From contig JAKMXF010000011.1 in NCBI GenBank assembly GCA_024704765.1, positions 913,557-977,556 of the forward strand: DNA of 64,000 nucleotides. Reading direction: 5' to 3'. Source of the stretch: Oopsacas minuta. Lineage: Eukaryota; Animalia; Porifera. The position numbers and the translations under genes were made by a program. The notes under the pieces were generated by a model. The model was not told the DNA's origin, ran no database searches, and saw only the letters and a list, made by a program, of their open reading frames with translations. Positions 36,282 through 47,661 of this stretch are shown one piece after another (within the stretch, counting starts at the first letter, position 1; the number at the start of each line of letters is the position of its first letter).

Positions 36282-37685
36282 ATGGAGTTCCACCCTGTGA
36301 TCCTGTGTGGAGGACAGGGTACCAAACTGTACCCATTAGCAGAACAGATGCCAAAAGCTCTCCTTGCTATCGCTAATAAACCAGTAATTTGGTATGTAAT
36401 AGAGTTCTTACACAAATACGGATTTGAAGAAGCTATTATTGTATCACAACCTACTTTCTTTGACAAGATAAAATCGTCTGTAGACACATTTATATCTGTT
36501 TATAATATTCCGATCAAACTTGAGTGTTTAAGACTTCCTTGTGATAAACTTACAGAAATGGGAACAGCTGATGCATTACGGTATATACAGCCGCATATTA
36601 AGAGTGATCTATTAATTCTACCCTGTGATATTCTAATCGATATTCCCCTGCAACAATTCGCGAATATTCATCGTTGTTATAACTCTGCCCTTACAATACT
36701 ACTAACTCCACAAATACAAAATACGCCAGCTGATCAATCAGCTGGTGCTATGAAAACCTATAAAGCAGGTCGTGACGTAATTGCTTTAGCTGAGAAGTCT
36801 GATCGTATCTTGTTGCTACAGAATGAGAGTGATATTGATGAGAAATTATCCCTGACTAGATCTATGTTACTGAAGTATCCTTGCTTGGAGCTGAGAACAG
36901 ATTTGAGAGATACACACGTTTATCTAATGAGTAAAAGTGTATTAGATGTGCTTAATGATTCTAAAGGCAAGAAAATATCTTCTATAAAAGAAGAGTTGAT
37001 TCCTTTAATCTTGCAGAAACAGCTGACTGATTATAAACTTGTGTCTACTAATCCATTAGCTACTGATTCAGCATCTGCATATAATCCTCTTAATGACCTG
37101 GAGCTACTAGCTTACCAGCTGTCAGAAACTAATAGATCAGGACGATTGGATAGAATAATGGTTAATGGAGCTATTCAGGAGATATATTATACGTATGCTT
37201 GTTATCAAATGATACTTAATAGTCCTCAGATTGCTCTACGTATTTCTACTGTACAGGACTTTATAGAGGGAAATAAGTTAATGCAGAAAGAGGCTAATAG
37301 AATGAACTTATGGCCTATTGAAAGGGACCATGGATTGGTTCATGAGTCTGTTGAAATTACAGGGGCTGTTGAGAGGGTTGTAGGAAAGGAAACATACATT
37401 GGAGAATGTTCTAGAATAGATGAAGGTTGTTCTCTTAAGAAGTCCATTATAGGTGTACATGTTATCCTTGGAAAAAATGTTAAAGTATCTAACTCAATTA
37501 TACTAGAGAGAGTTGTCATAGAAGACAATTGTCAGATAATTAACTCTATTGTATGTAGTAGTGCTAGGATAGAGCATGGAACTGTATTGAAGGATTGTAT
37601 TGTAGCAAAATCAGCTGTTATCGCTAGAGAATCAGATTTTAAAGGGGAAACACTGCTTAGAGATGAGATGGTATTTCAATTTTAG
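36282..37685 (+). CDS. EIF2B3: Translation initiation factor eIF2B gamma subunit
   Basis: 'EFHPVILCGGQG..LYPL…PKALL.IANKP', 'MGTADALR', 'L.L.CD', 'D.HVY', C-terminal left-handed beta-helix hexapeptide repeats. Confidence 0.92.
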   Translation: MEFHPVILCGGQGTKLYPLAEQMPKALLAIANKPVIWYVIEFLHKYGFEEAIIVSQPTFFDKIKSSVDTFISVYNIPIKLECLRLPCDKLTEMGTADALRYIQPHIKSDLLILPCDILIDIPLQQFANIHRCYNSALTILLTPQIQNTPADQSAGAMKTYKAGRDVIALAEKSDRILLLQNESDIDEKLSLTRSMLLKYPCLELRTDLRDTHVYLMSKSVLDVLNDSKGKKISSIKEELIPLILQKQLTDYKLVSTNPLATDSASAYNPLNDLELLAYQLSETNRSGRLDRIMVNGAIQEIYYTYACYQMILNSPQIALRISTVQDFIEGNKLMQKEANRMNLWPIERDHGLVHESVEITGAVERVVGKETYIGECSRIDEGCSLKKSIIGVHVILGKNVKVSNSIILERVVIEDNCQIINSIVCSSARIEHGTVLKDCIVAKSAVIARESDFKGETLLRDEMVFQF

Positions 37686-37847
37686 AGTTATCTGGCGTCA
37701 TGAGGTAGGTTTGAAGTTCATATTTGTATTTACATTGAAATTACTTAGTTTATCAATTTGAATGCAGTTATATATTTGTTTATTATTTATATATTTGTCT
37801 TATATATTTGACATTTAATTGCTTGTTTTGATCGTTAGCATTGCCTC

Positions 37848-38351
37848 ATGGCTAGTAAACATCGGAATAGTCCATCGCTTGAAATGCAGCTGAAAAACGG
37901 ACAAGTTAAAATGTTTAAGAAAGGTATTCTCCATTCCTCTTGGAAAAATAGACATCTTAAACTAAATAGGAATTATTTGCTAGTATTCGAGACACAACAC
38001 ACTTACCAACCTCTGGAGAGTATCATCAGAGACGAAATAAGATCAGTGAGGAAGCTAGCTGATGTAGATAACGGATTTGAAATTAAAGTTAAAGAATTCG
38101 AGTGTTACACCTTTCAATGTATAAATCCAGATGATCTGGAGGAATGGGTAGCAGCTCTTGAGAACAGAGTTCCTATATCATCTGCTAGGTTAGACTCACA
38201 AGCTCAAGTTGCTCAAGCTGTCAGGCAAGCTGGTAAGTCAGATTTTCCCGCCCAATTTGAAGCACAACCAGCTGTGTTATACCCAGGGCTACCAGCTAGT
38301 GAAAAGCCAAATGATCAGACACAACCTCCTCCCTACAATACAATGTACTAG
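37848..38351 (+). CDS. Small PH-domain protein with C-terminal PPPY motif (PLEKHB-like)
   Basis: 'KKGILHSSWKNRHLKL…YTFQC…DLEEWVAAL'; tail QPPPY. Confidence 0.75.
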   Translation: MASKHRNSPSLEMQLKNGQVKMFKKGILHSSWKNRHLKLNRNYLLVFETQHTYQPLESIIRDEIRSVRKLADVDNGFEIKVKEFECYTFQCINPDDLEEWVAALENRVPISSARLDSQAQVAQAVRQAGKSDFPAQFEAQPAVLYPGLPASEKPNDQTQPPPYNTMY

Positions 38352-38555
38352 TATTAGAGATATAATCAATTGTTGTTTTGAATTGTTTGCTTCTGTAACT
38401 TTATGAGAAATATATTTTAATCAGATCTATGACATTGTCTACGTGCCTGCTCTATCATCCATGGTTTATCTCTGTAACAAACACCCAAATACATTTGTTA
38501 GTTCAACTTTATACCAATACAGCATATACATGCACAATATACAAACTTAAAATAT

Positions 38556-41500
38556 TCACTTATTGTTTGATACTCCAGTAAGCATAGTCTTTCGATTATA
38601 ATCTTTATACTTGTTTCTGCATACACTACACGTCAGTATATTTATCCACACTTCCCTGGCCTCTCTAACCCATACGATAGATAATGCTACTATTCCCCAA
38701 CAGCAGAAGGTAGCCTCATTTAGTAAGGTCAGGAATGGAGCGTAGTAAGCTTCATAGGACGGGAAACAGCAATTAGGATTCTCATAGAAAGCTGTTATAC
38801 ACCAGTTATATGCAGCCTGGTATGCTTCAGTTATCTTGTAGTTAATAGAGCTGTATGTGAATTGTACTAGTATTATGAATATTAGTACTGATAGAGCTAT
38901 AGAGTATATTGTCATTTGTTTGAGGAGAGATTGATACACATTTGTAGTAGATGTACTGTTAGCCATCTTCTTCTGTCTCTTGTATAGTGTCAGGCCGAGT
39001 AATATAAGCCCTGTCCCAGTGGTGAGTGAGTATACAACTCCAGGTATGTAGAATGTGAAAGCTAGACCATATTCATTCGGGAAACAGAGTATAGGGAAGG
39101 ATAAGTGCGTATATCTTCTGGTAGCGGCTAATACTATTGCTATTATTAGCGCAGGTAGACCCCAGCATATTATAGACTGTAATATGTGTATCTTGACACT
39201 GTTAGCGAAGAACTTTACTGATTTCATTGGGTATAGCAATACGAATATTATATTGAAGATATCACACATGTACCAACCCAGAAATGACAATATAAAGTAA
39301 TGGTAGATTGGACCTAGAAAATTGAATGTGTTAAATTCCGGTGAATATTGGATTTTATGTTATCACTAACCTTGTATTTGACATTGTATAGTAGGATTAT
39401 CTTGAGAAGTTAGGAGATTATCATTCGAACAGAAAAATTTTCTGCGATCTACAGAGCCTATAAATATCATCAAATCTATAGGAATTCAATAATTTTATTA
39501 TTTATTTTAAAAATTAGCAATCCGGTAATGGCAGCAGCCATGCACTTAGAAGGTTTACGTCGCCAGTACGCGGTAGATCGGCAAAGATGGAAATTTCTTA
39601 ACGAAGAAACGAAATTCTCCAAATACGATGCTACTAAAATCGCTGAGCCACCGAAAGCTCCTCGCCGTGTCAAGACCTTCTCAGCTAACCTAAACCGGAA
39701 TGTACAGGAAGTCTGGTGGCCGTTCCGTACAGAAAGACCTTACACCGGTTGTTTGAAGAAACGCCTCTCAGAAGTTGACTATTTTACTCAATGGTAACTA
39801 TTCTGTATTGACAATTCGTTGTCTATCTATTTTCCTTGTATTCTATAACACCTCTATGATCTCCTTATTCTATAAATAGCCACAAATATCCTTATATTTC
39901 ACGTTATTATTTCTTAATTAGATTTTATATAATTATGAATGCTAAAACGAGAAGAAATGTTATCTTATTCAATCTCTCCACATTTGGTGTTGGTATCTGT
40001 AATGCTGTATTCAACATATACTACGTTAAATTCTATATGGACCAGTACAAGGTTAATGCTACATACTTCTATTGGGCTCAGATTATATTCATGATATGGA
40101 ATGCCCTAAATGATCCTCTACTTGCTTACCTACAAGATGTATCTAAAATTAAACTATTCCGCAGTAGAAAACTGTCTTTGTACCATGGATCATTTTGGTT
40201 GGTGGTCACGTTCTTGTTGCCATGGTACGAATGGTATGTGTTTTTACCCTTTAGTGATGAGTTGAATATTGGCATTCATTTGTGTTTCACTCTCTGCGCT
40301 TATGACACTATGTTCACGTATATAGGATTAGCTCAATCTGCGGCATTCGCGGAATTATCACAAGTACAAGAAGTGAGTTTATTTCTTTTTTTATAACTAT
40401 GGATATTACATGTTTATTCTCTGAAGGTACGTAGAACAACAACTCTATCTCATGAGCTAACATCTCTTATTACTGCTACTTTTCTAATCGGTGTACAATA
40501 CACTACAAGTCATGGGCAATCTATTCGCGGTATGCAATACACAGCTATAGCTATAGCTATAATAGGATTTATTTGTCAGCGTTATGCTAGTAATTATCTG
40601 GAACTAGATAGTGATATGAGTCTTGAAGGAGAGAGACAGCTAGAGAGTGAGGATTGGAAAATTATTAGTATTCAAGTACTAAAGAATAAGAATTTTCTAG
40701 CATTCGTTTTCATGAATTTTGGGCAGATTTTCCATAAGACTTTTAGCTCTAGTTTTTTCAATATATTCTCTCGTGACGTCATACCAGAAACAGCTCTTAA
40801 AAGCCACTTCATCTTGTTCTCTTCAGGAATAATGTTCTTTCTACCTCAACTAATCGTGCTGGGAGTATTCGCACCTGCTCTACCCAAAGTTGGGGCTTTC
40901 CGTATTGTTATGACGTCTCATATAATTACTATGTTTTCCCCTATTATAATATATATCCTAGGTATGCAGCATCCTTATCTTATCATCCTATACATGACTA
41001 TAGATTCAGGCCTCGCTTCTGCTACGTTTTCACTATTCAATATGTTGGTAGCTGACGTCATAGACTCTGATACTGCTATGTATAACAGGAAAAAGCCAAT
41101 TTCTTCCATTATATTCGGTTTGAATGCTCTGTTCACGAAACCTGCTCATTCTCTATGTCCCATGCTTGTGGTGAATATTTTAACAAGATATGGTTACCAG
41201 GAAACGGACGAAACTAAATCTTTATCTGTACAAAACGCGGAATTTCACATGCTTTGTTTGTTACCAGTTTGTATTGGGCTCTATCAGATATTGATTTGGA
41301 GTAATTATTCTCTTCGCTCTACTCACGAGAAAACTGAAGCTGACAAGACAACCATTATTTAGCTTATCCATGGTCCAGTCTTAATATCGCAATTTTCGTA
41401 TTAGTAATGCTTTTGATTATAAATACTTACCTTCCATAATCACACACACGATCAGGTATAAGGATATAATGTGAGGGAACTTCCATCTGAATATAAATTG

Positions 41501-43332
41501 GTAAATTGTACAGACATTTTGAGCTAAATTTAATAATAATTAACAACTTACAAACTCTTACGAAATAACCATGTAGATGCCCCTATACTAGCTGCTATTA
41601 GAGTTATAAATGAGAGTATAGGAACTATTATTATGAGTATGTTGTAGTACGTCTGTCCTCCTGGGAACCACACGAGACACTCCGGTACACACTGAGTACC
41701 ATTACTCACGAATGTAGACACACAAGTGAAATTTGTTGTGTTGAAACCACCTAGTAACAGTGATAGAGAAAGAATCCATCTAAATAATCTTTAAGTTAGG
41801 ATTAGTATTTGTAAGCAGATTTCAATTGTATTTTAAACAATAATGATGCCATTTATTCTAGCACTCTTTCAATAGTCCTTTCTTAGATAAATTGGCTTGC
41901 TTTCTTATTGCATTATATTATCGTGTTTATTGAATGAAGGCATTTCGATAACAGTCAACTCTCGTAATATCGAACTCAGATATCCGCTTATATGGAAGTC
42001 TGAAATAGTACACATATGGTCCAAAAGTAATATAATTTTCATCAGTTTTATGGAAGTTATTGTCACTGTCCATTGAGCTTCGATATAACTGTGGTTAACT
42101 GTACATACGTTTAATCATAAACTTACCTGTTGCTACTCTCCGTAATTCATCTATTGCAGTTTGTATTGTAATATTTCTTGTACAGCTCTCTGGCCTCAAT
42201 ATATTTGATACTGTTTCTTCACTCTAAAATACAATTATTAGCTTAAAAAGTTGAAATGTTTGCACTCGCTCGAATGAAGAAAGAAGAAGCTACAGGTGTT
42301 AAAAGCGCACGAGTAGGGGACACAATCGTAATGACACTCTTAACGAAAGAAATTGCTGCTCTTGAGCAAGCACTACCCAAGACTTGCAAACTTAATTTTG
42401 TTAACAGAGACGACCTAAGACATTTCCATATCAACGTGGTACCCAAGGATGGAATGTGGAATAAAGGGAAATTCGTATTTGAAGTTGAGATACCTGTGGA
42501 TTACAACATGAGTCCTCCGAAAGTGAAATGTCATACTAAAATATGGCATCCTAACATAACGGAGCAAGGAGATGTGTGTTTGAGTTTGCTCAGACAAGCT
42601 AGCTTAGACGGAACTGGATGGTCACCGGTTAGAACTCTCACGGACGTTGTTATCGGTATTGACGCACTTTTCGCAGATCTCTGCAATTTTGAGGATCCAT
42701 TAAACGAAGATGCAGCTAAACAGTTCAATAACGATAAAGCAGGTTTTCAGCGTAAAGTGAACCAGTACATACAAAGATACGCTAGCTATTAAGAGCTGTA
42801 CTGTCTGTGTTTTGTTTGTATTAACTTATTGATTGACTTGCTAACTTTTGTTTTATATTGCATTTAAGTCACTGATTCATGCTTTGTTTGTGTTAGGCTA
42901 ATTATCAGTAATAATAGTCTGCAATAATTATTGTTTGAGTTATTCATACAAATAAGGTAAGGTACTTACCAGTGGGTCGAGTCTGTCTAGGAAATAGTCA
43001 GCAAATGCCCAAATAAGCCATACAGAAGGTACTATGAAGACTAACCATAGAGATATAATCATTAGTGAGGATACTAGACTAGCTATTATGTTCTTCTGCT
43101 TCTTAGGGACTGTATTTTCATATCTTTGGTATACTGACTTTACTCTTTGTCGATCGAGCGGTTCATCAGATCTGTTTATTGATTCTACTTCTATAGTTGA
43201 TCCATTTGTTGTAGCCCAGTTATCATATTGATAAGATACTTTATTATTGGTAACTTCTTGACTATCTCCATGTTCTTTCTCTGGATCTGTATTTGGATTA
43301 ATTTCTGTCATTTCTATCCAATATCTCCACAA
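38556..43332 (-). CDS. Frizzled/Smoothened-like multi-pass receptor, predicted six exons: 43332-42970, 42223-42127, 41750-41552, 41486-41431, 39475-39371, 39313-38556 (525 aa)
   Basis: All five introns are GT-AG (donors GTAAGT x4, GTTAGT) and exon phases chain into one ORF. The product has 'CVPEC..W' before TM1, 'WKFPH', 'C..QG..YHYF.L..LGW', 'CWGLP', 'LCF' and a Cys-rich ECL3, as in Fz/Smo-class 7TM. The last four exons are well supported; linkage of the first two is less certain. Confidence 0.72.
39528..39797 (+). CDS. Small 89-aa basic protein of unknown function, inside the receptor intron
   Basis: Good start context (GTAATGGCA), more GC-rich than its flanks, compact ORF; no family recognised. 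Confidence 0.5.
   Translation: MAAAMHLEGLRRQYAVDRQRWKFLNEETKFSKYDATKIAEPPKAPRRVKTFSANLNRNVQEVWWPFRTERPYTGCLKKRLSEVDYFTQW
39935..41362 (+). CDS. MFSD13A: MFS transporter MFSD13A/TMEM180-like; intron 40373-40426
   Basis: 'YYVKFYMDQY…AQIIFMIWNALNDPL', 'DVIDSD…R…S.IFG.NALFTKPA.SL.P'. Phase-0 54-nt intron GTGAGT…GAAG joins the two ORFs in frame. Confidence 0.88.
41951..42102. mobile_element. Degenerate MITE-like element (Tc1/pogo-type CAGT ends) in a receptor intron
   Basis: Left end ACAGTCAACTCTCGTAATATCGAACTC; reverse complement of the right end TACAGTTAACCACAGTTATATCGAAGCTC; imperfect TIR. Confidence 0.4.
42256..42792 (+). CDS. UBE2F: NEDD8-conjugating enzyme UBE2F
   Basis: 'LP.TCK..F', 'YNMSPPKVKCHTKIWHPNITEQGDVCLSLLRQASLDGTGWSPVRTL.DVV', 'NFEDPLN'. 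Confidence 0.93.
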   Translation: MFALARMKKEEATGVKSARVGDTIVMTLLTKEIAALEQALPKTCKLNFVNRDDLRHFHINVVPKDGMWNKGKFVFEVEIPVDYNMSPPKVKCHTKIWHPNITEQGDVCLSLLRQASLDGTGWSPVRTLTDVVIGIDALFADLCNFEDPLNEDAAKQFNNDKAGFQRKVNQYIQRYASY

Positions 43333-43650
43333 ACCTATTTATTACCAAATCATATAGTCTCTCAATGGCATTTAATTATCGTATTATATTTCTGTGTAAG
43401 TACAGATAAGCTATAGCATCGTATAACTGGCCTATAGAAGCAATGTGAGCAGCTATTTCCTGTATTAATAATCCTTTCGTTCGACAGCACTCCTAACTTG
43501 TGGTCAATGACCCCCCTTAGTGATCCACATGCGATAGCAGGGCATCCACAGGATATAAAATTTGGGAGCTACTGGTTAAAAGGGGTTTGGAAACGATACG
43601 ATATAATACTATCGATTTATTCATAAGCTATTTATCTATCTATCTATCTG

Positions 43651-44763
43651 ATGTATACACACGTCTGGAGCTTACTCACACTATTCAGCTACATGCTATA
43701 CACCATGGATCCTGTAACCAGCTCTCTTGTACAAATCCCCACTCATAGCTGCTTTCAGGAAGACCTTACATTTGTGTGTAGTACCAATAAGCCTGACAAT
43801 ACCGAGTACTTAGTTAATCTGGTAATATCAGTTCTTCACTATCCTCCTATAGATACATCTCGTATAATACATTCAAACGCGTACACTGACTCATCAGCTG
43901 TTTATCAGAACTTAACAATACAATCCGTATCACTATCAGAGGCTCCAGCTAGTGTAGTATGTATATCTATTGAATGGTCTAACATGACTAATACAGTTAT
44001 ATCAACAAGTATAGAATCTAATGCTTCTATACTGGTAGCTCCTTATCCTGCTGATGTCACTATTCTATCCCTTAAAGTTGTGACTGAGAGTGGATTCAAA
44101 CTTGCTATACAGCATAATGGTGTAGTTCATAGAGAGGATTTACTCTCTTACGTCATTGGTATATCTGATCCCATGTCTAAGTTAAATTATTCAGTTTCTT
44201 ATAACGATCTTCCTGATGAGATATTCTCTGTTAATAACCTGTTTGACACTTGTTATAATATAGAGATTAACACTACTAATTGTATAGGTGCTACCATATA
44301 CTATTCCACCAGTTTATATCTCCCTAAATTGAGGAATGAAACTTTGACTCGTTTGTCACTAACTGAGTTTTGCTGGTACAATGAAGATGCTAGTACTATT
44401 TGCCCTGGACCTTATGACGTAGATTTTACACAGCAAAATATGTTCACTTTCTCTCTAATAAGGAATAACAATATTGTAGCAAACATTACAGGATTCAGTA
44501 CAATGTTACCGACAGAATTCTGCTTCTTTGTACCAGAAGAATATCTCGTATTTAATCCTATATATCTCAGAATACATATAGAAGGAGTACGGTTAACTAT
44601 TGATGATATAGCTATACCTGTTGATGACGTAATACCTACATTAGCTGCTAACACAATTGTTATTATCTCAGCTAGTGTAGCTTCTGCAATTGTTATCATT
44701 TTGCTGGTGTTACTCCTGGTTGTTGTTGTGTGTGTTTTCTCTGTGATAAAGACAAGAAGATAG
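43651..44763 (+). CDS. Type I membrane glycoprotein with Ig/FN3-like beta-sandwich ectodomain and almost no cytoplasmic tail
   Basis: Signal-like N-terminus, beta-rich segments with N-glycosylation sequons, 'Y.I.I…NC.G' FN3-like end, long C-terminal TM. Confidence 0.55.
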   Translation: MYTHVWSLLTLFSYMLYTMDPVTSSLVQIPTHSCFQEDLTFVCSTNKPDNTEYLVNLVISVLHYPPIDTSRIIHSNAYTDSSAVYQNLTIQSVSLSEAPASVVCISIEWSNMTNTVISTSIESNASILVAPYPADVTILSLKVVTESGFKLAIQHNGVVHREDLLSYVIGISDPMSKLNYSVSYNDLPDEIFSVNNLFDTCYNIEINTTNCIGATIYYSTSLYLPKLRNETLTRLSLTEFCWYNEDASTICPGPYDVDFTQQNMFTFSLIRNNNIVANITGFSTMLPTEFCFFVPEEYLVFNPIYLRIHIEGVRLTIDDIAIPVDDVIPTLAANTIVIISASVASAIVIILLVLLLVVVVCVFSVIKTRR

Positions 44764-44900
44764 TAGATCTCATCAACTATACTACGGCTACTCGATTACT
44801 TTTATTTTTGTTTTTTCCCTTGAGTTTTGACTTTTTACTTATTAGTTAGGCTAACAATACATATTTCTATATTTTCATATGTATTATCTATTCTTAATGT

Positions 44901-46130
44901 TTGTATTTTGTTTGTAGGATAAATTATATGGCTGATAGGGCTCTCGATTCTGCTATAGAAGATATCAGAGGTAAATTCACTGGGTTACATAAGATCCTTA
45001 CTCAGAGAGAAGATAAGCTAATCGAGATTATTAAGAGTGCACAAGCTAGTAACCTATCACATATCCGGGATCTGTTGGATATGAAGGAGTTCATATGTCA
45101 GAACATAAAGAATAATGCTCTTATGAACAAGAAATTATATGAGAATGACCTAGAGATTGCAGAGTTAAAGTCTCAGCATGCGGAATCGATCAAACAGCTG
45201 ACAGAGATATCATGGGGTGGTGTGTGTTATGACGAGCTATCTCATATTCTAGATAAAATAGATTTTAATAATAATAATGAGCTAAGTAACACCTTGAGTC
45301 ATCAGTCCGATTACTCTAAGAAAATAGCTCCAATTTATCATGGAGGTGTTTGTTGTGAATCTCCTGCCCCTGATCAGCTGTCTCATCCTAATCACATAGC
45401 TATAGATGAGAAAACTCAGAATATTTACGTTTCTGATTTCAAACAGAATTGTATTGTAATATTCGATAAGAAAGCAAATATAATTTCCAAGTATAATTCT
45501 GGTATAAGATTCCCTCGTGCTATTACATGTAGAAATGATAAACTGTATTTGATCGAGAACTTACATTCTATGAGACATATACAATTCAAATCTTTTCAAT
45601 TAAATCCCAGAATATCTCCAATCCCTGTTAAGAAGTTGAAATACCCCACTGATACATCTCATGTTGCAGCTTTTGATGTCTCAAAGGAAGAAGTTTGGTA
45701 TATTTGCAATCAACAATCAAACAAAGTATTTTTTCTAGAAAATTCTATTTTCTATCTTCTCTCTCCAAGCATACCATTTGAATCCCCTACCGCTCTCAAG
45801 GTATACGGTCTCATATACTTGCTAGAGTCTCAGAGCAAAGAGACTGCTCGTATAAGACTAATGAGTTTACAAGGAGATACCATAAGGACCATACCTCTCA
45901 ATGGTGTTGTAGCATCTTTATACTTTGATGTTGATTTGGATGGTAATTTCATTATCAGCAACAGCTATCTAGATTCTATTGTTATTTTCTCTAAAGATGG
46001 CAGCATGGATCACATCATACATTCTACTAAATCTTATTGCATTGCTTATCCTAAAGGTATAGCTGTAAGCAATGAAGGTAATATTGCTGTTATTACCAGC
46101 AATTCTAAAGGATGTCTATTGATTTTCTAG
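44901..46130 (+). CDS. Coiled-coil + NHL/6-bladed beta-propeller protein
   Basis: 'QLSHPNHIAID…IYVSD…CIVIFD', 'FPRAITC', 'YPKGIAVSNEGNIAV'. True start is probably the ATG of MADRA. Confidence 0.8.
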   Translation: MYFVCRINYMADRALDSAIEDIRGKFTGLHKILTQREDKLIEIIKSAQASNLSHIRDLLDMKEFICQNIKNNALMNKKLYENDLEIAELKSQHAESIKQLTEISWGGVCYDELSHILDKIDFNNNNELSNTLSHQSDYSKKIAPIYHGGVCCESPAPDQLSHPNHIAIDEKTQNIYVSDFKQNCIVIFDKKANIISKYNSGIRFPRAITCRNDKLYLIENLHSMRHIQFKSFQLNPRISPIPVKKLKYPTDTSHVAAFDVSKEEVWYICNQQSNKVFFLENSIFYLLSPSIPFESPTALKVYGLIYLLESQSKETARIRLMSLQGDTIRTIPLNGVVASLYFDVDLDGNFIISNSYLDSIVIFSKDGSMDHIIHSTKSYCIAYPKGIAVSNEGNIAVITSNSKGCLLIF

Positions 46131-46251
46131 GATTATATATATTGATTGATATGTATCTAGTATTCTATTTTATTGGTTACAGGTATACTATTATTCTCAT
46201 GCAAATATTCGTACTCATTTCATTTAGAACTTAGAAGTTAGTATAATTGTA

Positions 46252-47358
46252 ATGTCAGGGAAATCTCAGCCCTCAGAAACAGCTAAGCAGGACTGGATGA
46301 AGGCTAACAAGATACAAACTACATCTACAGTTGATGAATTATTCAGATATCATGCTAAGGAACAGCAGGATCTGCTCAAGAAGAAGGAATGGCAGAGTGA
46401 CGTACATTACTTCCAAGAGCTAAAGATATCAGCACTAGCTCTCCTTAAGATGGTAATGCATGCACGTTCAGGAGGAAGACTAGAAGTAATGGGTATGCTA
46501 CAAGGCAAGCTACTGGGTAGCACCATGGTGTGTATGGATGTATTTGCACTCCCTGTAGAAGGTACAGAGACTCGAGTTAATGCACTGGACTCAGCTTATG
46601 AATATATGTCTCAGTATTTTACTTTCAGTAAAGAAGTGAGTTAATATACATGCCATATAATTATGTGTTGTTGTTATTAATGTGTGTGTAGGTGAGTAGA
46701 CCTGAGAATTGTATTGGATGGTATCACAGCCATCCAGGATATGGCTGCTGGCTATCCGGTATTGACGTAAGTACCCAATTTACTAATCAGATGTATCAAG
46801 AACCATTTGTAGCAATAGTTATAGATCCTACTCGTACTGCTGCTTCTGGTAAAGTACATCTAGGGGCGTTTAGGACATATCCAGAAGGTAAACACCTAAT
46901 GATTCATCTCGTACACATATTTACACAAATACTATATAGATTATTCACCCAAAGAAGATGCGCAATCAGAATATCAAAGTATTCCTTTCGAGAAGATCGA
47001 AGATTTTGGTATTCACTGTAAAAGATATTATCCTCTTAATGTTAGCTACTTTAAGAGCAGTCTAGATAGCAAACTACTGGATCAGCTATGGAATAAATAC
47101 TGGGTTAGTACACTAACTACAAATCCTCTAGTAGCTAATGAAGAGTATAGCTCTATACAAATATCTGATATGTCTGAGAAACTCGAGCAGATAGAACAGG
47201 TAGAACGTTCTTATATGCATGGAGGAGTTAGAAGTAAGGAGGGAGCTGGTAAGCTAGAGAAGGCTACTAAGGACAGTAGTAAGTTGTCTATAGAGGCTAT
47301 ACAAGGATTGATGAGTCAGGTTCTTAAGAACCAGATATTCAGTGGTATTCCTATATAG
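46252..47358 (+). CDS. COPS5: COP9 signalosome subunit 5; introns 46636-46691 and 46888-46939
   Basis: '[23 protein letters not shown]', JAMM motif '[18 protein letters not shown]', third exon '[21 protein letters not shown]'; splice phases checked. Confidence 0.97.
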
Positions 47359-47504
47359 ATGTTGTTTGACTGGTAACTTCATTTTAGTTATATCTTATAT
47401 GTACATAAATGTTCTAATTCTTAGACTTGTAGAGTGGGCTATAGTGAGATAAAACTATAGAAGATCTAGCTTACATATAAATAGAATATACACTCAACTA
47501 TCGT

Positions 47505-47577
47505 TACAGTGCGACTTCAATTATCTTGACACTTTTGACAGGTCCCAACGTGTCCGTATAATCGAGTTTGCACTGTA
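47505..47577. mobile_element. 73-bp MITE-like element with about 28-bp imperfect TIRs and TA flanks
   Basis: TACAGTGCGACTTCAATTATCTTGACAC … GTGTCCGTATAATCGAGTTTGCACTGTA (reverse complement TACAGTGCAAACTCGATTATACGGACAC); 21/28 match by eye. Confidence 0.6.
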
Positions 47578-47661
47578 TATCGGAGTTCAAGGGAGCTAGA
47601 TAATTAGTTTGATATATAGCGGGTATTTCGATACATCCGTGTTGTATATAACCGTAATTGA

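Noticed and set aside
41780-42110. Extra exon or small ORFs on the minus strand (VNHSYIEAQW…, MDSDNNF…)
   Set aside because: They overlap the MITE-like relic, would need an implausibly short intron, and end in stops. The phase-consistent acceptor at 41751 explains the gene better.
43651-46130. Splicing of the Ig/FN3 membrane ORF to the NHL ORF into one receptor
   Set aside because: The first ORF ends in tandem stops (TAG TAG) with no convincing donor, and the NHL ORF has its own ATG.
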